Shown in pieces: positions 28,667 to 38,400 of a stretch of 64,000 nucleotides of DNA. Below the pieces are notes generated by a model. The model worked only from the letters and a program-made list of their open reading frames with translations. It was not told the DNA's origin and did no database searches. Position 1 is the stretch's first letter, and every line of letters begins with the position of its first letter. This DNA comes from Longimicrobiales bacterium (GTDB lineage Bacteria; Gemmatimonadota; Gemmatimonadetes; Longimicrobiales; Gaopeijiaceae): assembly GCA_965249725.1 (NCBI GenBank), contig CBDFMQ010000002.1, forward strand, positions 1,152,001-1,216,000, written 5' to 3'. The position numbers and the translations under genes were made by a program.

Positions 28667-29839
28667 ATGACGGCATCTCGTACAGCGCTGAGAACACACG
28701 GCTTCATGGAGTCCGTGATTCGTGAAATGACCCGCGTGGCTCGTGAGCACGACGCCATCAATCTCGCGCAGGGGTTCCCCGATTTTCCGGCACCCCAGCT
28801 ACTCAAGGATGCCGCGTGTGAGGCGATCCAGGGCGATGTGAACCAGTACGCCATCACCTGGGGATCACCGGCGATGCGTGACGCCCTCGTGGCCAAGTAC
28901 GAGAAATGGTACGGCATGACCGTGGACGGGGAGCGGGAGATCACGGTCACGTGTGGCGCTACGGAAGCGATGGCCTCGATCATGCTCGCCGTCATCAACC
29001 CGGGTGATGAGGTGATCGTGCTGGAACCCTTCTACGAAAACTATGGACCCGACGCTATCCTGTCGGACGCCAAACCGGTTTTTCTTCCGTTGGAGCCCCC
29101 CGATTTCCGGCTCGATGTGGATCGCCTCGAAGCGCTGGTGACCGACCGCACCCGAGCCATCATCATCAACACACCGAACAATCCCACTGGCCGGGTCCTC
29201 GATCGGGCTGAGCTGGAGGCGATCGCCGACGTCTGTCGGAGACACGATGTGCTCGCCATCACCGACGAGATCTACGAGCACATCTATTACGAGGGTGAGC
29301 ACATCCCGATGGCGACGCTGGACGGGATGCGTGAGAGGACCATCACCGTAAGCGGCCTCTCAAAGACGTTCAGCGTGACGGGATGGCGAATCGGGACCGT
29401 GATCGCCCCGGCCGACCTCACGGACGCCATCCGCAAGGTGCACGACTTCCTCAGCGTCGGTGCCCCGGCTCCACTCCAAGAGGCGTGTGCCGTGGGCATG
29501 ATGGAACTGGACGAGTCGTACTACGAAGCGATGATCGATGACTATCGCGTACGACGCGAGGCGCTCTTTGAAGGACTGGTCGAGGCGGGCTTTCAGTGCC
29601 GAAGGCCCCAGGGCGCATACTACGTCCTGGCGGATTTTTCGACCCTGAGCGACGAGTCGAGTGACGACTTTTCGCGGCGGCTCACTCGGGAGGCCGGCGT
29701 GACACCCGTCCCGGGCTCCAGCTTCTACTCGGACCCGGAGTTGGGCCACTCCTTGGTGCGCTTCGTGTTCTGCAAGAGGGCGGCCACGCTGGAGGCGGCG
29801 AGTGAACGGCTACGGGCATTCGCTCGCAGTGGAGGCTGA
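28667..29839 (+). CDS. PLP-dependent class I/II aminotransferase (YbdL/kynurenine aminotransferase-like)
   Basis: INLAQGFPDF, NTPNNPTG, TDEIYEH, SGLSKTFSVTGWRIG, VRFVFCK. Confidence 0.9.
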   Translation: MTASRTALRTHGFMESVIREMTRVAREHDAINLAQGFPDFPAPQLLKDAACEAIQGDVNQYAITWGSPAMRDALVAKYEKWYGMTVDGEREITVTCGATEAMASIMLAVINPGDEVIVLEPFYENYGPDAILSDAKPVFLPLEPPDFRLDVDRLEALVTDRTRAIIINTPNNPTGRVLDRAELEAIADVCRRHDVLAITDEIYEHIYYEGEHIPMATLDGMRERTITVSGLSKTFSVTGWRIGTVIAPADLTDAIRKVHDFLSVGAPAPLQEACAVGMMELDESYYEAMIDDYRVRREALFEGLVEAGFQCRRPQGAYYVLADFSTLSDESSDDFSRRLTREAGVTPVPGSSFYSDPELGHSLVRFVFCKRAATLEAASERLRAFARSGG

Positions 29840-29858
29840 CGGGTTGGTCTAGGAGTCT

Positions 29859-31154
29859 TCACTCTGGTGCGGGTCTGGCGCTTCCTCGACGGTTGCTTGC
29901 CCCAGTGGGTGCTGGCCCGGTGGGTGCTGCCCCGGTGGGTACTTCCCCAGTGGGTACTGCCCCAGTGGGCGCACCGACCGGCAGCGCCTCGTCCTCCTGT
30001 TCTACCACGGCAATCTGACCCTCCCACTGACGCATCATGCGAATGAAGGACTGCGCCAGATCGGCATCGAACTCCGTCCCTGATCCCTCGTCGAGCAGAC
30101 CCAAGACGCGCTCGGTCTCCCACGCCCCCCGGTAGGGCCGGTCCGTCCGGAGCGCGTCGAAGACGTCGCAGACGTGGACGAGGTTGCTCGCCTGGTGGCA
30201 GGCTCTGGGAAAGCGCAGCGACGGATACCCACCGCCGTCGATCTTGATGTGATGCTCGTACGCCACCACGGCGGCCAGATCCAAGTGCTGCTCCGTCTCG
30301 ATGATGATCTGTGCACCGGCGATCGTGTGGTTGTTCATCACGGTACGCTCGTCGTCGGTGAGCTTGCCCGGCTTGTTCAGAATGTCCTCGGGGATGGTCA
30401 CTTTGCCGAGGTCGTGCATCAGTCCGCTGATGCCGAACGCACGGACCTCTTTCGGCCCCAGTCCGATGAACTCGGCCAGCGCCATGGCCAGAACAGACAC
30501 GTTCATCGCGTGCGTCGTCGTGTACTGATCGAATTGCTTCAGCCGCACCAACGGAATGAGGAACTGCTGGTCACCGTGCATCGCCACGGTGAGGGATCGT
30601 ACGATGGCCTCCGCCTCCAAGAGGTGCAGCTCGCTGTCCTCCTTCAGCTCCCCGTGCAGCCAGTCCACAGCCTCGACCTCTTCTCTCAGCGTAAAGGCTA
30701 CCGCGCTGTCGGCCTTGCGCTCCTCCCCGTCCTCCAACCGCCGTCCCTGTCCCTTGACTCCCACGATGCCGTACTGGATGGCGGTCGGTCTCTGCTGACG
30801 AGCTTCGGCAGTGCTGATGAAGACTCCTGTGAGCCGCGCCTGGACGTCGTAGAGAAACACCTCGAGGTCGTCTCGCGTCACAGGGCCCGTGAACTCCAGC
30901 CTCTGAATGCCGACGCCGCCCAGTCGAGCACCCCATCCCCATCGCTTCAGGGAAGGAAGCGGGCGACCCTGGAAGACGATCTCATTGCCCACGAAGGTGA
31001 ACTCGGGCTCCGAGACCTCCTCCTGCAGCCTGAGAATCGCCTCGTGTACACCATCGACCGCTCGTTCGCGCGCCGGATGACCCTCCTCGTAGAGGGACAT
31101 GCTCGACACGGTCTGGGCCAGGTGCGTAAGGAAGTGGGTGGCACTCTCGCTCAA
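29859..31154 (-). CDS. HD-GYP domain protein with uncharacterised N-terminal domain
   Basis: FDQYTTTHAMNV, LMHDLGK, EHHIKIDGGGYP, CDVFDALRTDRPYR. Confidence 0.88.
   Translation of the reverse strand: MSESATHFLTHLAQTVSSMSLYEEGHPARERAVDGVHEAILRLQEEVSEPEFTFVGNEIVFQGRPLPSLKRWGWGARLGGVGIQRLEFTGPVTRDDLEVFLYDVQARLTGVFISTAEARQQRPTAIQYGIVGVKGQGRRLEDGEERKADSAVAFTLREEVEAVDWLHGELKEDSELHLLEAEAIVRSLTVAMHGDQQFLIPLVRLKQFDQYTTTHAMNVSVLAMALAEFIGLGPKEVRAFGISGLMHDLGKVTIPEDILNKPGKLTDDERTVMNNHTIAGAQIIIETEQHLDLAAVVAYEHHIKIDGGGYPSLRFPRACHQASNLVHVCDVFDALRTDRPYRGAWETERVLGLLDEGSGTEFDADLAQSFIRMMRQWEGQIAVVEQEDEALPVGAPTGAVPTGEVPTGAAPTGPAPTGASNRRGSARPAPE
29898..29972. repeat. Tandem repeat, 5 x 15 bp, encoding a (xPTGx)5 tail
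   Basis: tgccccagtgggtgc-like units read directly; protein APTGAVPTGEVPTGAAPTGPAPTGA. Confidence 0.88.
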
Positions 31155-33292
31155 GATGCTTCTCCAGCAGCTTTGATCTCGGGGTCCTTTGAACGTCGTG
31201 CCTCTTTGAGCACCTTCGCAACGCGGGCCTCGTCGGGCCAGAACCGGCCCAATGTCTGCAACGCCGCCAGCAGCTCCATGGTGTTCGGCGCCAGAATCGG
31301 CCTACCGAAGATCGTCTTGCCAGTCGAAGTCAGCGTCAACAGAGTCTCCAGAACAAGAGGCGATTTGGACACCCCGGCCGCCCGGATTCCGAAGGCCCGA
31401 ATCTCCGGACTCCGATCCCCGAGCACGACCCGATTCACGAGGATCGGGACGAGGGTCTCGGGCACCGACTCGCCCAGTTCGAGCAGCCCCATCCGGACCA
31501 CCCGTTCGTCCTCGTCCGCCAGAGCGTTGGCGAGCGTCTTCTGGCGGAGTCCGGTCCGGATGGCCAACGGGAACGCTTCTCGTCTCACCCTTCGGTCGGG
31601 ATGGCCGAGAAATTCCGCCACGTCGAAGTCTTCGTGGAGTTCGTCGAGCGTCTGGATCAACATGAGCAGGTTGCGGATCGCCCACCACTGAGGGTCTTCG
31701 AGGCGACGGAACGTGCCTTCCCAGACCTCTGATCCGAACTGGACCAAGGTGTCTAGCACGATCTGTCTTCGCTCTTTCGAGTCCGAACTGACCAGGGCGT
31801 CGAGAAGCGGCTCAATGGCGGCAGACCCCATGCCGGCGACAATGGCGTTCATCGATCCCACCTCGATTTCGTCGGCGGAAAGCATCCGACTCAACTGCTT
31901 GGGATTCGCAAGGTGGTCCGTGATCCGCTTGGCGGTGCCACTGTCTGAAGCGTCATTGGCCATCTGAATGAGGAACGAAGCCTTCCCCTGCTCGAGAAGG
32001 TCCGCGATGGCCTTCTCGATGGTCGGGCCGAAGGCGTCCACCTCCAACGCCATCTCCACGAGTCTCGTCGCCCCCGTTACCACCTCTGCGTCTTCCTCTT
32101 CCCCGAATTCACCCGCCAAGACCGGAGCCGCCCTCGACATCTCGTCGAGCACGAGCGTATACGCGTCGGGGTTGGGATCCGTGAGCTCCCACTCGGCCAT
32201 GAGCTCCTCGACGTTCTCCTGGAGCGCGTCCTCAACTCCTCCCTTGATCGCGGCGTCTCCCCCGTCGGAATGGACCGCGAGCTTGGTCAGCAGGCGCGTC
32301 ATGGAGTGAGAGATCGTCTGCTGTGAGTTGGCCGCAGCAGCCTGAAGGACCTTCATCACGGCATCGGCGGCCAACCCCTGACTGGCGTCGAGCACGAAGC
32401 GTCGCCTCTGACTGAAGTCGCCGCCCATGTCGACCAGACGTTGGAGCGTCGGATCATCCAGCTCCTCGATGAGGTCGGAGACCTGTTCGCGAATCTGTTC
32501 GGTTTCTCCCTCACCGCTCTTGAGCTCCTCGGCCAGCTGAAGCAGGTGCCCCACGATCATCTGATCGTAAGCCGCCTCCTTGCGGTGCCGGCGGATCGAG
32601 TCCGCTATGGCCTGGGGACTGGGAGGCTCGTCTCCATAGTCCACGTCGCCGGCCATCGCCGATCGGGCGAGTCCGAACCAAAGCTCCGTAGCCCGGTCGA
32701 CCGATACGCCCTCCTTGCCCTCGCCCGAGTGCTTGATTTCGAGGCGGTCATACCCGAGCGGGAACAGGTGGAAGTGATCCCAGTCGGGAATATCATCACG
32801 GGGCAGCAGTCCGATCGGATCGGCGCCGCGCTCAGAGTCGGCGGCCAGCGTGCGGCACGCCTCTTCGACCTCGGCGACCGTAGCCGCGCGGTCCACCGAT
32901 ACGGCACCGATCTGGTGACCGTGCAGCCGCCGAGCGAGGTCGCTCAAGACGGGATGCCCGGCGTCGGTAGCGATACCCTCGATGATGAGCTGACCTGACG
33001 CGACACCGATGGCCAACGACTCCCGATCCTCCAGGAGCCTCGACAGGCGATCGACCACTCCCTCGGCAGCAGGTTCGAGAGAAGGATGCCCGGGGGGGTA
33101 CATGCTAAAGCGATGGACGGCGATCGACAACTGGATCAGGAACTCGGTGAGGTCGCGCGACATCGCCGGCTGATCGACGACTGCCCCTAGTTCGGGACTT
33201 GCGTCAACACCGGAGCCGTCCTCGGGCTTGAGGTTGTCCTCGAGCTCGGGGCTGTCCTCTGAGTTGTTCTTGATCTCTGGGCTGTCTGTCAC
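31151..33292 (-). CDS. HEAT-repeat protein, partner of the HD-GYP gene
   Basis: C-terminal HEAT-like helices (LEDPQWWAIRN, HPDRRVRREA, LADEDERVV); 4-bp overlap with the HD-GYP gene. Confidence 0.75.
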   Translation of the reverse strand: MTDSPEIKNNSEDSPELEDNLKPEDGSGVDASPELGAVVDQPAMSRDLTEFLIQLSIAVHRFSMYPPGHPSLEPAAEGVVDRLSRLLEDRESLAIGVASGQLIIEGIATDAGHPVLSDLARRLHGHQIGAVSVDRAATVAEVEEACRTLAADSERGADPIGLLPRDDIPDWDHFHLFPLGYDRLEIKHSGEGKEGVSVDRATELWFGLARSAMAGDVDYGDEPPSPQAIADSIRRHRKEAAYDQMIVGHLLQLAEELKSGEGETEQIREQVSDLIEELDDPTLQRLVDMGGDFSQRRRFVLDASQGLAADAVMKVLQAAAANSQQTISHSMTRLLTKLAVHSDGGDAAIKGGVEDALQENVEELMAEWELTDPNPDAYTLVLDEMSRAAPVLAGEFGEEEDAEVVTGATRLVEMALEVDAFGPTIEKAIADLLEQGKASFLIQMANDASDSGTAKRITDHLANPKQLSRMLSADEIEVGSMNAIVAGMGSAAIEPLLDALVSSDSKERRQIVLDTLVQFGSEVWEGTFRRLEDPQWWAIRNLLMLIQTLDELHEDFDVAEFLGHPDRRVRREAFPLAIRTGLRQKTLANALADEDERVVRMGLLELGESVPETLVPILVNRVVLGDRSPEIRAFGIRAAGVSKSPLVLETLLTLTSTGKTIFGRPILAPNTMELLAALQTLGRFWPDEARVAKVLKEARRSKDPEIKAAGEAS

Positions 33293-33456
33293 TGGCAGGA
33301 TCCGATATCCCGATTCGTCTTGATCGCCTCTGTCAGTTCCTCACTGCTCGATGATGATACGTGCGCCGACTGAGATGTCGAATGAGTTGGGGAGGCTTCT
33401 AGAATCAACATATATTCCGGCGGCCGAAAACTCACCCTTTCAGCGCCGGCTCGAAC

Positions 33457-33912
33457 GTGCACGAACCAAGGACACAGGACACATCGCCCGGGGTGTTGGT
33501 CCCGGCGCGCATCACTCTTTTCGGATTCGATCCCGTCGAGGCGACGGCCCGGGTCGAAGCCCGAAGCACCCGATGGCGCCTGAAACGGTCTCTTTCGGCC
33601 GTCGGCCTAGCTCTGTTGGTGGCCCCCCTCCTGGCCCTCGTCCCGCCTCACGCACCGTGGGCTCTTGGCGCCCTCGGAGTAGGCACGATCATCGCCCGCC
33701 GAAAGTGGTTGGAGAACCACAGTCTCCATGCCGTCGACGGGGGGTGTCCTCGATGCGGTGGCCGACTGTCCTTGCCGGCATCCACGCGCCTACGGCGCCC
33801 CCATCCGTTGCCGTGCGACTCATGCCAGCACGAGTCGGCTTTGGAGTTCGACCGGCTCCCGTCGGTCGAACTCAACTCGCGACATCCCGCAGCACCGACA
33901 ACGGAGGTCTGA
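33457..33912 (+). CDS. Hypothetical membrane protein with C-terminal CxxC...CxxC zinc ribbon
   Basis: Two TM segments (VPPHAPW), then GCPRCGG and PCDSCQH. Confidence 0.6.
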   Translation: MHEPRTQDTSPGVLVPARITLFGFDPVEATARVEARSTRWRLKRSLSAVGLALLVAPLLALVPPHAPWALGALGVGTIIARRKWLENHSLHAVDGGCPRCGGRLSLPASTRLRRPHPLPCDSCQHESALEFDRLPSVELNSRHPAAPTTEV

Positions 33913-36409
33913 CGAGGACTCCTCGGCTTCCGGCTACTCCGACCACCAGCGTGACCCCGGTAATTCCCAACCACACGAGTCCGATCCGTACGGGATCCAA
34001 GACGAAGGGCACGGTGAAGACCTGGACCACGATGAGCCATCCAGCGACGACCGCCAGCACCAGACCGGCCAACGTGGCCAAAGACCCCAAGGCGGCGTAC
34101 TCCACCATCAGAATCTGAAGGACCGTGCTCTTCCGGGCTCCGAGCGTCCTCAGGACAGCGCTCTCTCGCATGCGCTGGTAGCGCGAGGTGGCCAGGGAGC
34201 CCAGAAGCACCAACACGCCCGCGATCGTGCTGAAGATGCCGAGAAAGCGAACCGCCTGGTTGGCCCGGTCCAAGATGGTGTCGATGGCTTGTTGCAGGCG
34301 TGACAGGTCCAGGACCGAGACGTTGGCATGTGTGCCGACCAGGTCCCTCTGGAATTCCGCTCGTTCCGTGTCACCCTCGACCCGAGCCATGATCACGGCC
34401 GTCTGCGGAGCCTCTTCGATCGCCCCGGGCTCGAAGACCACGTAGAAATTCGTCTCGAAGCGCGTCCAGTCCACCGTGCGGATGCTCGAGACTCGTGTCT
34501 CGACGGGAACGCCGGCGAAGTCCCAGGTGATCACATCCCCAAGGGTCACCTGAAGGCTCTCTGCCAGGTCGGCCTCGAGAGACACCCGGTATCCGTCCCC
34601 GTCTCCAGGAGCATCCCACCAACCTCCTTGCACCAACTCCTCCGACCCGGTGAGCTCCGATCTGTATGTGTGCCGGTACTCTCGCCGCAGAGCCCACCCC
34701 TCGGGCCTCTCCCCCTCCGGAGCGTCGAGCAGCTCCTGCTGGGTCCGTCCGTTGATCGCGATCAACCGGGATGGAACCAGCGGCGTCACCTCGGCCGAGC
34801 CCGTGGCCCGGGAGGCGACGAACGCCTCGACCTCGGACCGTTGATCGGACTGCACGTCGAACAGGAGGAGGTTCGGCCGCGCGTCTCCCACCTCCAACGT
34901 GAACTCCTGGGTCAGACTGCCTTCCACTAGACTCACCGTGCCGACTACGAAGGCGCCGAACCCGAGGGCCAGCGTGACCGAGACCGTCTGATTCTGCGGT
35001 CGAAAGAGGTTGCTCACTCCCTGACGGATCGGATACGACATGCCCTGAGGAAAGAACCGCCGGGTGGCGAAGATCAACCCCCGAGCCGCTCCCCACAGGA
35101 CGAGCGCGACCACGGAGAGCCCTCCGGAAAACGCGAGGCCCTGCACCGGAGAGGGCGCTTCAACGACGGTAAGCCCCAGAACAGTGGCCACCAGAAGCGC
35201 CAGGGCTCCGATTTTCGAGACACCGATGCGTTGGGGCGGCTCGAAGTCATGCCTCAAAGCGAGTAGGGGCGATATGCCTCTGACCTCGAGGAGAGGGCCC
35301 AAAGCGAATATGAGAGCGACCCACACGCCCAGAACGACGCCGGCGAAGGCCACCAACCACGAGATGTCCGTGGTCACTCCCACAGGCAAGACACCCGACA
35401 AGAACACCGGCAGTATCCGCTGGATGCCGATCCCGACAATGACCCCGGCCAGGGAGCCCATGAGAGCGAGCACCCCTGCCTGGAGCAGGTAGGCCGCGAA
35501 CAGTGTCTCCTGACGGGCACCGATGCAGCGAAGGACGGCCACCGTCACGACCTTCTCGCGGACGTAGACGTAGATGGCACTCGCCACGCCGATACCACCG
35601 AGGAAAAGGGCCGCGAGCCCGATCAGTCCGAGGTAGCGCGCCAAATCGTCCAGGGCCGAGCTCATCTCCTGCGCCCTGTAGGCCGCCGGGGTGTGTTGTA
35701 GTCGGTTTCGCGAGAAGAGCTCTTCGTGGTCATTCCAGAGCTGATCCCGGTCGGCTCGTTCCGGCATGAGGAAGTTGGCGTGGTAACGGGCGATGGATCC
35801 GAATATGACAAGCCCCGTCTCCTCCAGTCGGTCGCGGCCGATATAGACGCGGGGTCCGATGGCGGTTTGAAAACCCACGTCCGTCGGAAGTCCCGTGACC
35901 GTGCCCCTGAGGACGAACCGCGCCTGACCAATGGCCAACGTGTCGCCGGGCCGTGCGTCCAACTGGACCATGACCGCAGGGTCGACGACCGCCCACGGTC
36001 CATCGTGAACCTGGGCCCAGGCCTCGGACGGATCGGACGCCACCGTGCCATAGAAGGGAAAACCAGGGTCCACGGCGCGAATCTGGAACAGCCGCACGCC
36101 ACCGCTGCGTAGATCGAGCACCATTGAAGCGAGCGTCGTCGTGCGGGCGATCTCACGGCCCTCCGAAATCATTGAATCGAGAACTGCCTCGAACTCTTCG
36201 GGAAAAGCCCGATTCGACGAAACCCGTACGTCGGCACCCAAGAGCACCCGAGCCTGGTCGCCGAGAGAGCGTTCCACATCACGCCGGAACGAGTGGATGG
36301 CTACCAGAGCCGCGACTCCCAATGCGATGGAACCCATGAACACCGAGAGTCGACGATAGCTGGCTCGACCCTCTCGCCACGCCAGCCGAACCGCAAAGGA
36401 CCGGATCAC
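33872..36409 (-). CDS. ybbP: ABC transporter permease, YbbP/FtsX-like
   Basis: LAWREGR, LLGADV, GFPFYG, LRCIGA, PNLLLFDVQ, LRTLGA; duplicated FtsX layout. Confidence 0.85.
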   Translation of the reverse strand: MIRSFAVRLAWREGRASYRRLSVFMGSIALGVAALVAIHSFRRDVERSLGDQARVLLGADVRVSSNRAFPEEFEAVLDSMISEGREIARTTTLASMVLDLRSGGVRLFQIRAVDPGFPFYGTVASDPSEAWAQVHDGPWAVVDPAVMVQLDARPGDTLAIGQARFVLRGTVTGLPTDVGFQTAIGPRVYIGRDRLEETGLVIFGSIARYHANFLMPERADRDQLWNDHEELFSRNRLQHTPAAYRAQEMSSALDDLARYLGLIGLAALFLGGIGVASAIYVYVREKVVTVAVLRCIGARQETLFAAYLLQAGVLALMGSLAGVIVGIGIQRILPVFLSGVLPVGVTTDISWLVAFAGVVLGVWVALIFALGPLLEVRGISPLLALRHDFEPPQRIGVSKIGALALLVATVLGLTVVEAPSPVQGLAFSGGLSVVALVLWGAARGLIFATRRFFPQGMSYPIRQGVSNLFRPQNQTVSVTLALGFGAFVVGTVSLVEGSLTQEFTLEVGDARPNLLLFDVQSDQRSEVEAFVASRATGSAEVTPLVPSRLIAINGRTQQELLDAPEGERPEGWALRREYRHTYRSELTGSEELVQGGWWDAPGDGDGYRVSLEADLAESLQVTLGDVITWDFAGVPVETRVSSIRTVDWTRFETNFYVVFEPGAIEEAPQTAVIMARVEGDTERAEFQRDLVGTHANVSVLDLSRLQQAIDTILDRANQAVRFLGIFSTIAGVLVLLGSLATSRYQRMRESAVLRTLGARKSTVLQILMVEYAALGSLATLAGLVLAVVAGWLIVVQVFTVPFVLDPVRIGLVWLGITGVTLVVGVAGSRGVLVRPPLSVLRDVAS

Positions 36410-37140
36410 TCGAACGCGCCGCCGTGTACGCCTCCGTGTACGCCGCCGGATGCGCCGCTCGTGTCTGAGACGATCCGGCCATCGGCCAGCGAGACCGTCC
36501 GATGAGCCCGCTCCGCCAAACCGAGATCGTGCGTCACGAGAACGAGCGTAGTCTGCGACTCCCGGTTCAGCTCCTCCAGCAGCTCGACCACGTGCAGCCC
36601 CGTCTTTCGGTCGAGATTCCCGGTGGGCTCGTCCGCGAACAGGATGCGTGGCTGGTTGGAAAAGGCACGGGCCAAGGCCACACGCTGCTGCTCTCCTCCA
36701 GAGAGTTGCGCCGGATAGTGATCCGTACGGTCACCGAGGCCGACTCGAGCGAGCAGTTCGCGGCTCCGTTCCCGAATGTCGTTTCCGTTGCGGCTCTGGC
36801 TGCGCCCGAGGAGCTCGAGGGGCACCATCACGTTTTCGAGCGCCGTCAGGGTGGGCAGCAAATGGAATGTCTGGAAGACGAAGCCCACGTTCTCGGCCCG
36901 AAACCTGGCCCGGCCGTCCTCGGTAAGACTGAAGAGATCCGCCCCGGCAACGGTTACCTTACCTTCCGTGGGCTGATCGAGCCCCGCCATGAGCCCGAGG
37001 AGGGTTGTCTTACCACTCCCAGAGGGTCCGGCGATGGCCACGAAGCTCTCGGGTTCTACATCGAGATCAACGCTATCCAACACGCGAAGGGGTCGCCCTC
37101 CGCTCATGTATTCTTTCGACAGACCCACAGCTCGGATCAT
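36406..37140 (-). CDS. ybbA: ABC transporter ATP-binding protein, YbbA-like
   Basis: GPSGSGKTT, GFVFQTFHLLPTLTALENV, LSGGEQQRV, FADEPTGNLD. Confidence 0.88.
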   Translation of the reverse strand: MIRAVGLSKEYMSGGRPLRVLDSVDLDVEPESFVAIAGPSGSGKTTLLGLMAGLDQPTEGKVTVAGADLFSLTEDGRARFRAENVGFVFQTFHLLPTLTALENVMVPLELLGRSQSRNGNDIRERSRELLARVGLGDRTDHYPAQLSGGEQQRVALARAFSNQPRILFADEPTGNLDRKTGLHVVELLEELNRESQTTLVLVTHDLGLAERAHRTVSLADGRIVSDTSGASGGVHGGVHGGAFE

Positions 37141-37879
37141 GGTCGCGGTCGCTCTCTTGGCACTGTGGCTTCCTTCGGGCGGATGTGGCCCTGGTACCGA
37201 CTCGGACGTGGTACGCTCCGAGGGTCAGGAAGGTTCAACGCCTGGGGACGGAGCCCCGGTCGGGGGCGCTCCGACGTCGGCCGAAGCGGGCCGGCGGGGA
37301 AGAGTCGTCTTCGTGGGAACGAGCTTGACCGCCGGGTATGGCCTCGACGATCCAACGGTTCGCTTTACGAACCGCCTCCAGGCGAAGATCGACTCGGCCG
37401 GTCTCCCCTTCGAGATCGTGAACGCCGGTGTGAGCGGTGATACGAGCGCCGGGGGGCTTCGACGCATCAGCTGGCTTCTGCGGGCACCGGTGAGGGTGCT
37501 CGTCATCGAGCTGGGAGCCAACGACGGACTCCGGGGGCTGTCCGTCGATACCATGCGGCGGAATCTGCAGGCAGTCATGGACAGCGCGCGGACGCGGTAT
37601 CCCGATGTCCGGCTCGTGCTCTCCGGCATGGAAGCGCCCCCCAACCTCGGACCGGACTACGGGTCCGACTTTCGATCGGTGTTCACCGACCTGGCGGAGG
37701 AGAACGATGCCGTCCTGATCCCCTTCCTGCTCGAGGGCGTGGCAGGCCTCCCGGAGCTCAACCAGGTAGATGGGATTCACCCGACTGCAGAAGGCCACGG
37801 CCGAGTATCGGAGACGGTGTGGGGCTACCTCCAGCCAGTGCTCCGAGTGGTCACGAACAACGCAGCAGACCGACCATGA
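37106..37879 (+). CDS. tesA: Arylesterase / acyl-CoA thioesterase I (SGNH/GDSL, TesA-like), probable lipoprotein
   Basis: VGTSLTAGYG, NAGVSGDTSAGG, ELGANDG, DGIHP; head-to-head with ybbA as in the known tesA-ybbA-ybbP arrangement; start at 37106 or 37139. Confidence 0.85.
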   Translation: MYSFDRPTARIMVAVALLALWLPSGGCGPGTDSDVVRSEGQEGSTPGDGAPVGGAPTSAEAGRRGRVVFVGTSLTAGYGLDDPTVRFTNRLQAKIDSAGLPFEIVNAGVSGDTSAGGLRRISWLLRAPVRVLVIELGANDGLRGLSVDTMRRNLQAVMDSARTRYPDVRLVLSGMEAPPNLGPDYGSDFRSVFTDLAEENDAVLIPFLLEGVAGLPELNQVDGIHPTAEGHGRVSETVWGYLQPVLRVVTNNAADRP

Positions 37880-38400
37880 TGAGGCGTCTCACCAAGGTCT
37901 TCGGCGTGATCGGAGGACTCCTCGTGGCATTTATGGTCCTCGGATTCTTGCTCCCGGGCACGTGGTCTGCCGAGGCGTCGATCGAGATCCAGGCGGAGCC
38001 CGAATCGGTCTTTCCGCTGCTCGCGGACCTCCGGCGTTGGGACGAGTGGACCCAGTGGGCAGAGGTGGAGTCCACGCTCAGTGACCCCTCCTCCGGGCTG
38101 GGGGCCATCCGCAGTTGGGACGACGAGCAGTACGGGTCCGGATCGGTGACGATCACCGAGAGTCGGCCTTTCGCCTTGGTCGCCTATCGGGTCCGTATCG
38201 GCGAAGGGGCCGAGGTGATCGGCACGCTGCGTCTCGAGCAGTCGCCGCGTGGCAGCGTCGTGGCGTGGCGTGAAGAGGGCGACTTCGGACGAAACCCACT
38301 CATGGGCTATATCGCGAGGACCATGTCCGACTCACAGGGACAGCAGCTCACGGAGGGCCTCACCCGCCTCGAGGCCGTGATAGGATCCGGCGCGCCCTAG
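37876..38400 (+). CDS. SRPBCC (polyketide cyclase/START-like) family protein
   Basis: N-terminal TM, SIEIQAEPESVF..LADLRRWDEW, GLTRL C-terminal helix; ATGA overlap with tesA. Confidence 0.8.
   Translation: MMRRLTKVFGVIGGLLVAFMVLGFLLPGTWSAEASIEIQAEPESVFPLLADLRRWDEWTQWAEVESTLSDPSSGLGAIRSWDDEQYGSGSVTITESRPFALVAYRVRIGEGAEVIGTLRLEQSPRGSVVAWREEGDFGRNPLMGYIARTMSDSQGQQLTEGLTRLEAVIGSGAP

Noticed and set aside
29898..29972. CRISPR-like array (also considered for 14488-14553 and 9833-9868)
   Set aside because: The units are 12-15 bp head-to-tail with no unique spacers and no cas genes, and most are in-frame coding repeats.
37106..37140. Head-to-head overlap of tesA and ybbA starts as a novelty
   Set aside because: The same divergent overlapping arrangement is known for tesA-ybbA in E. 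coli.
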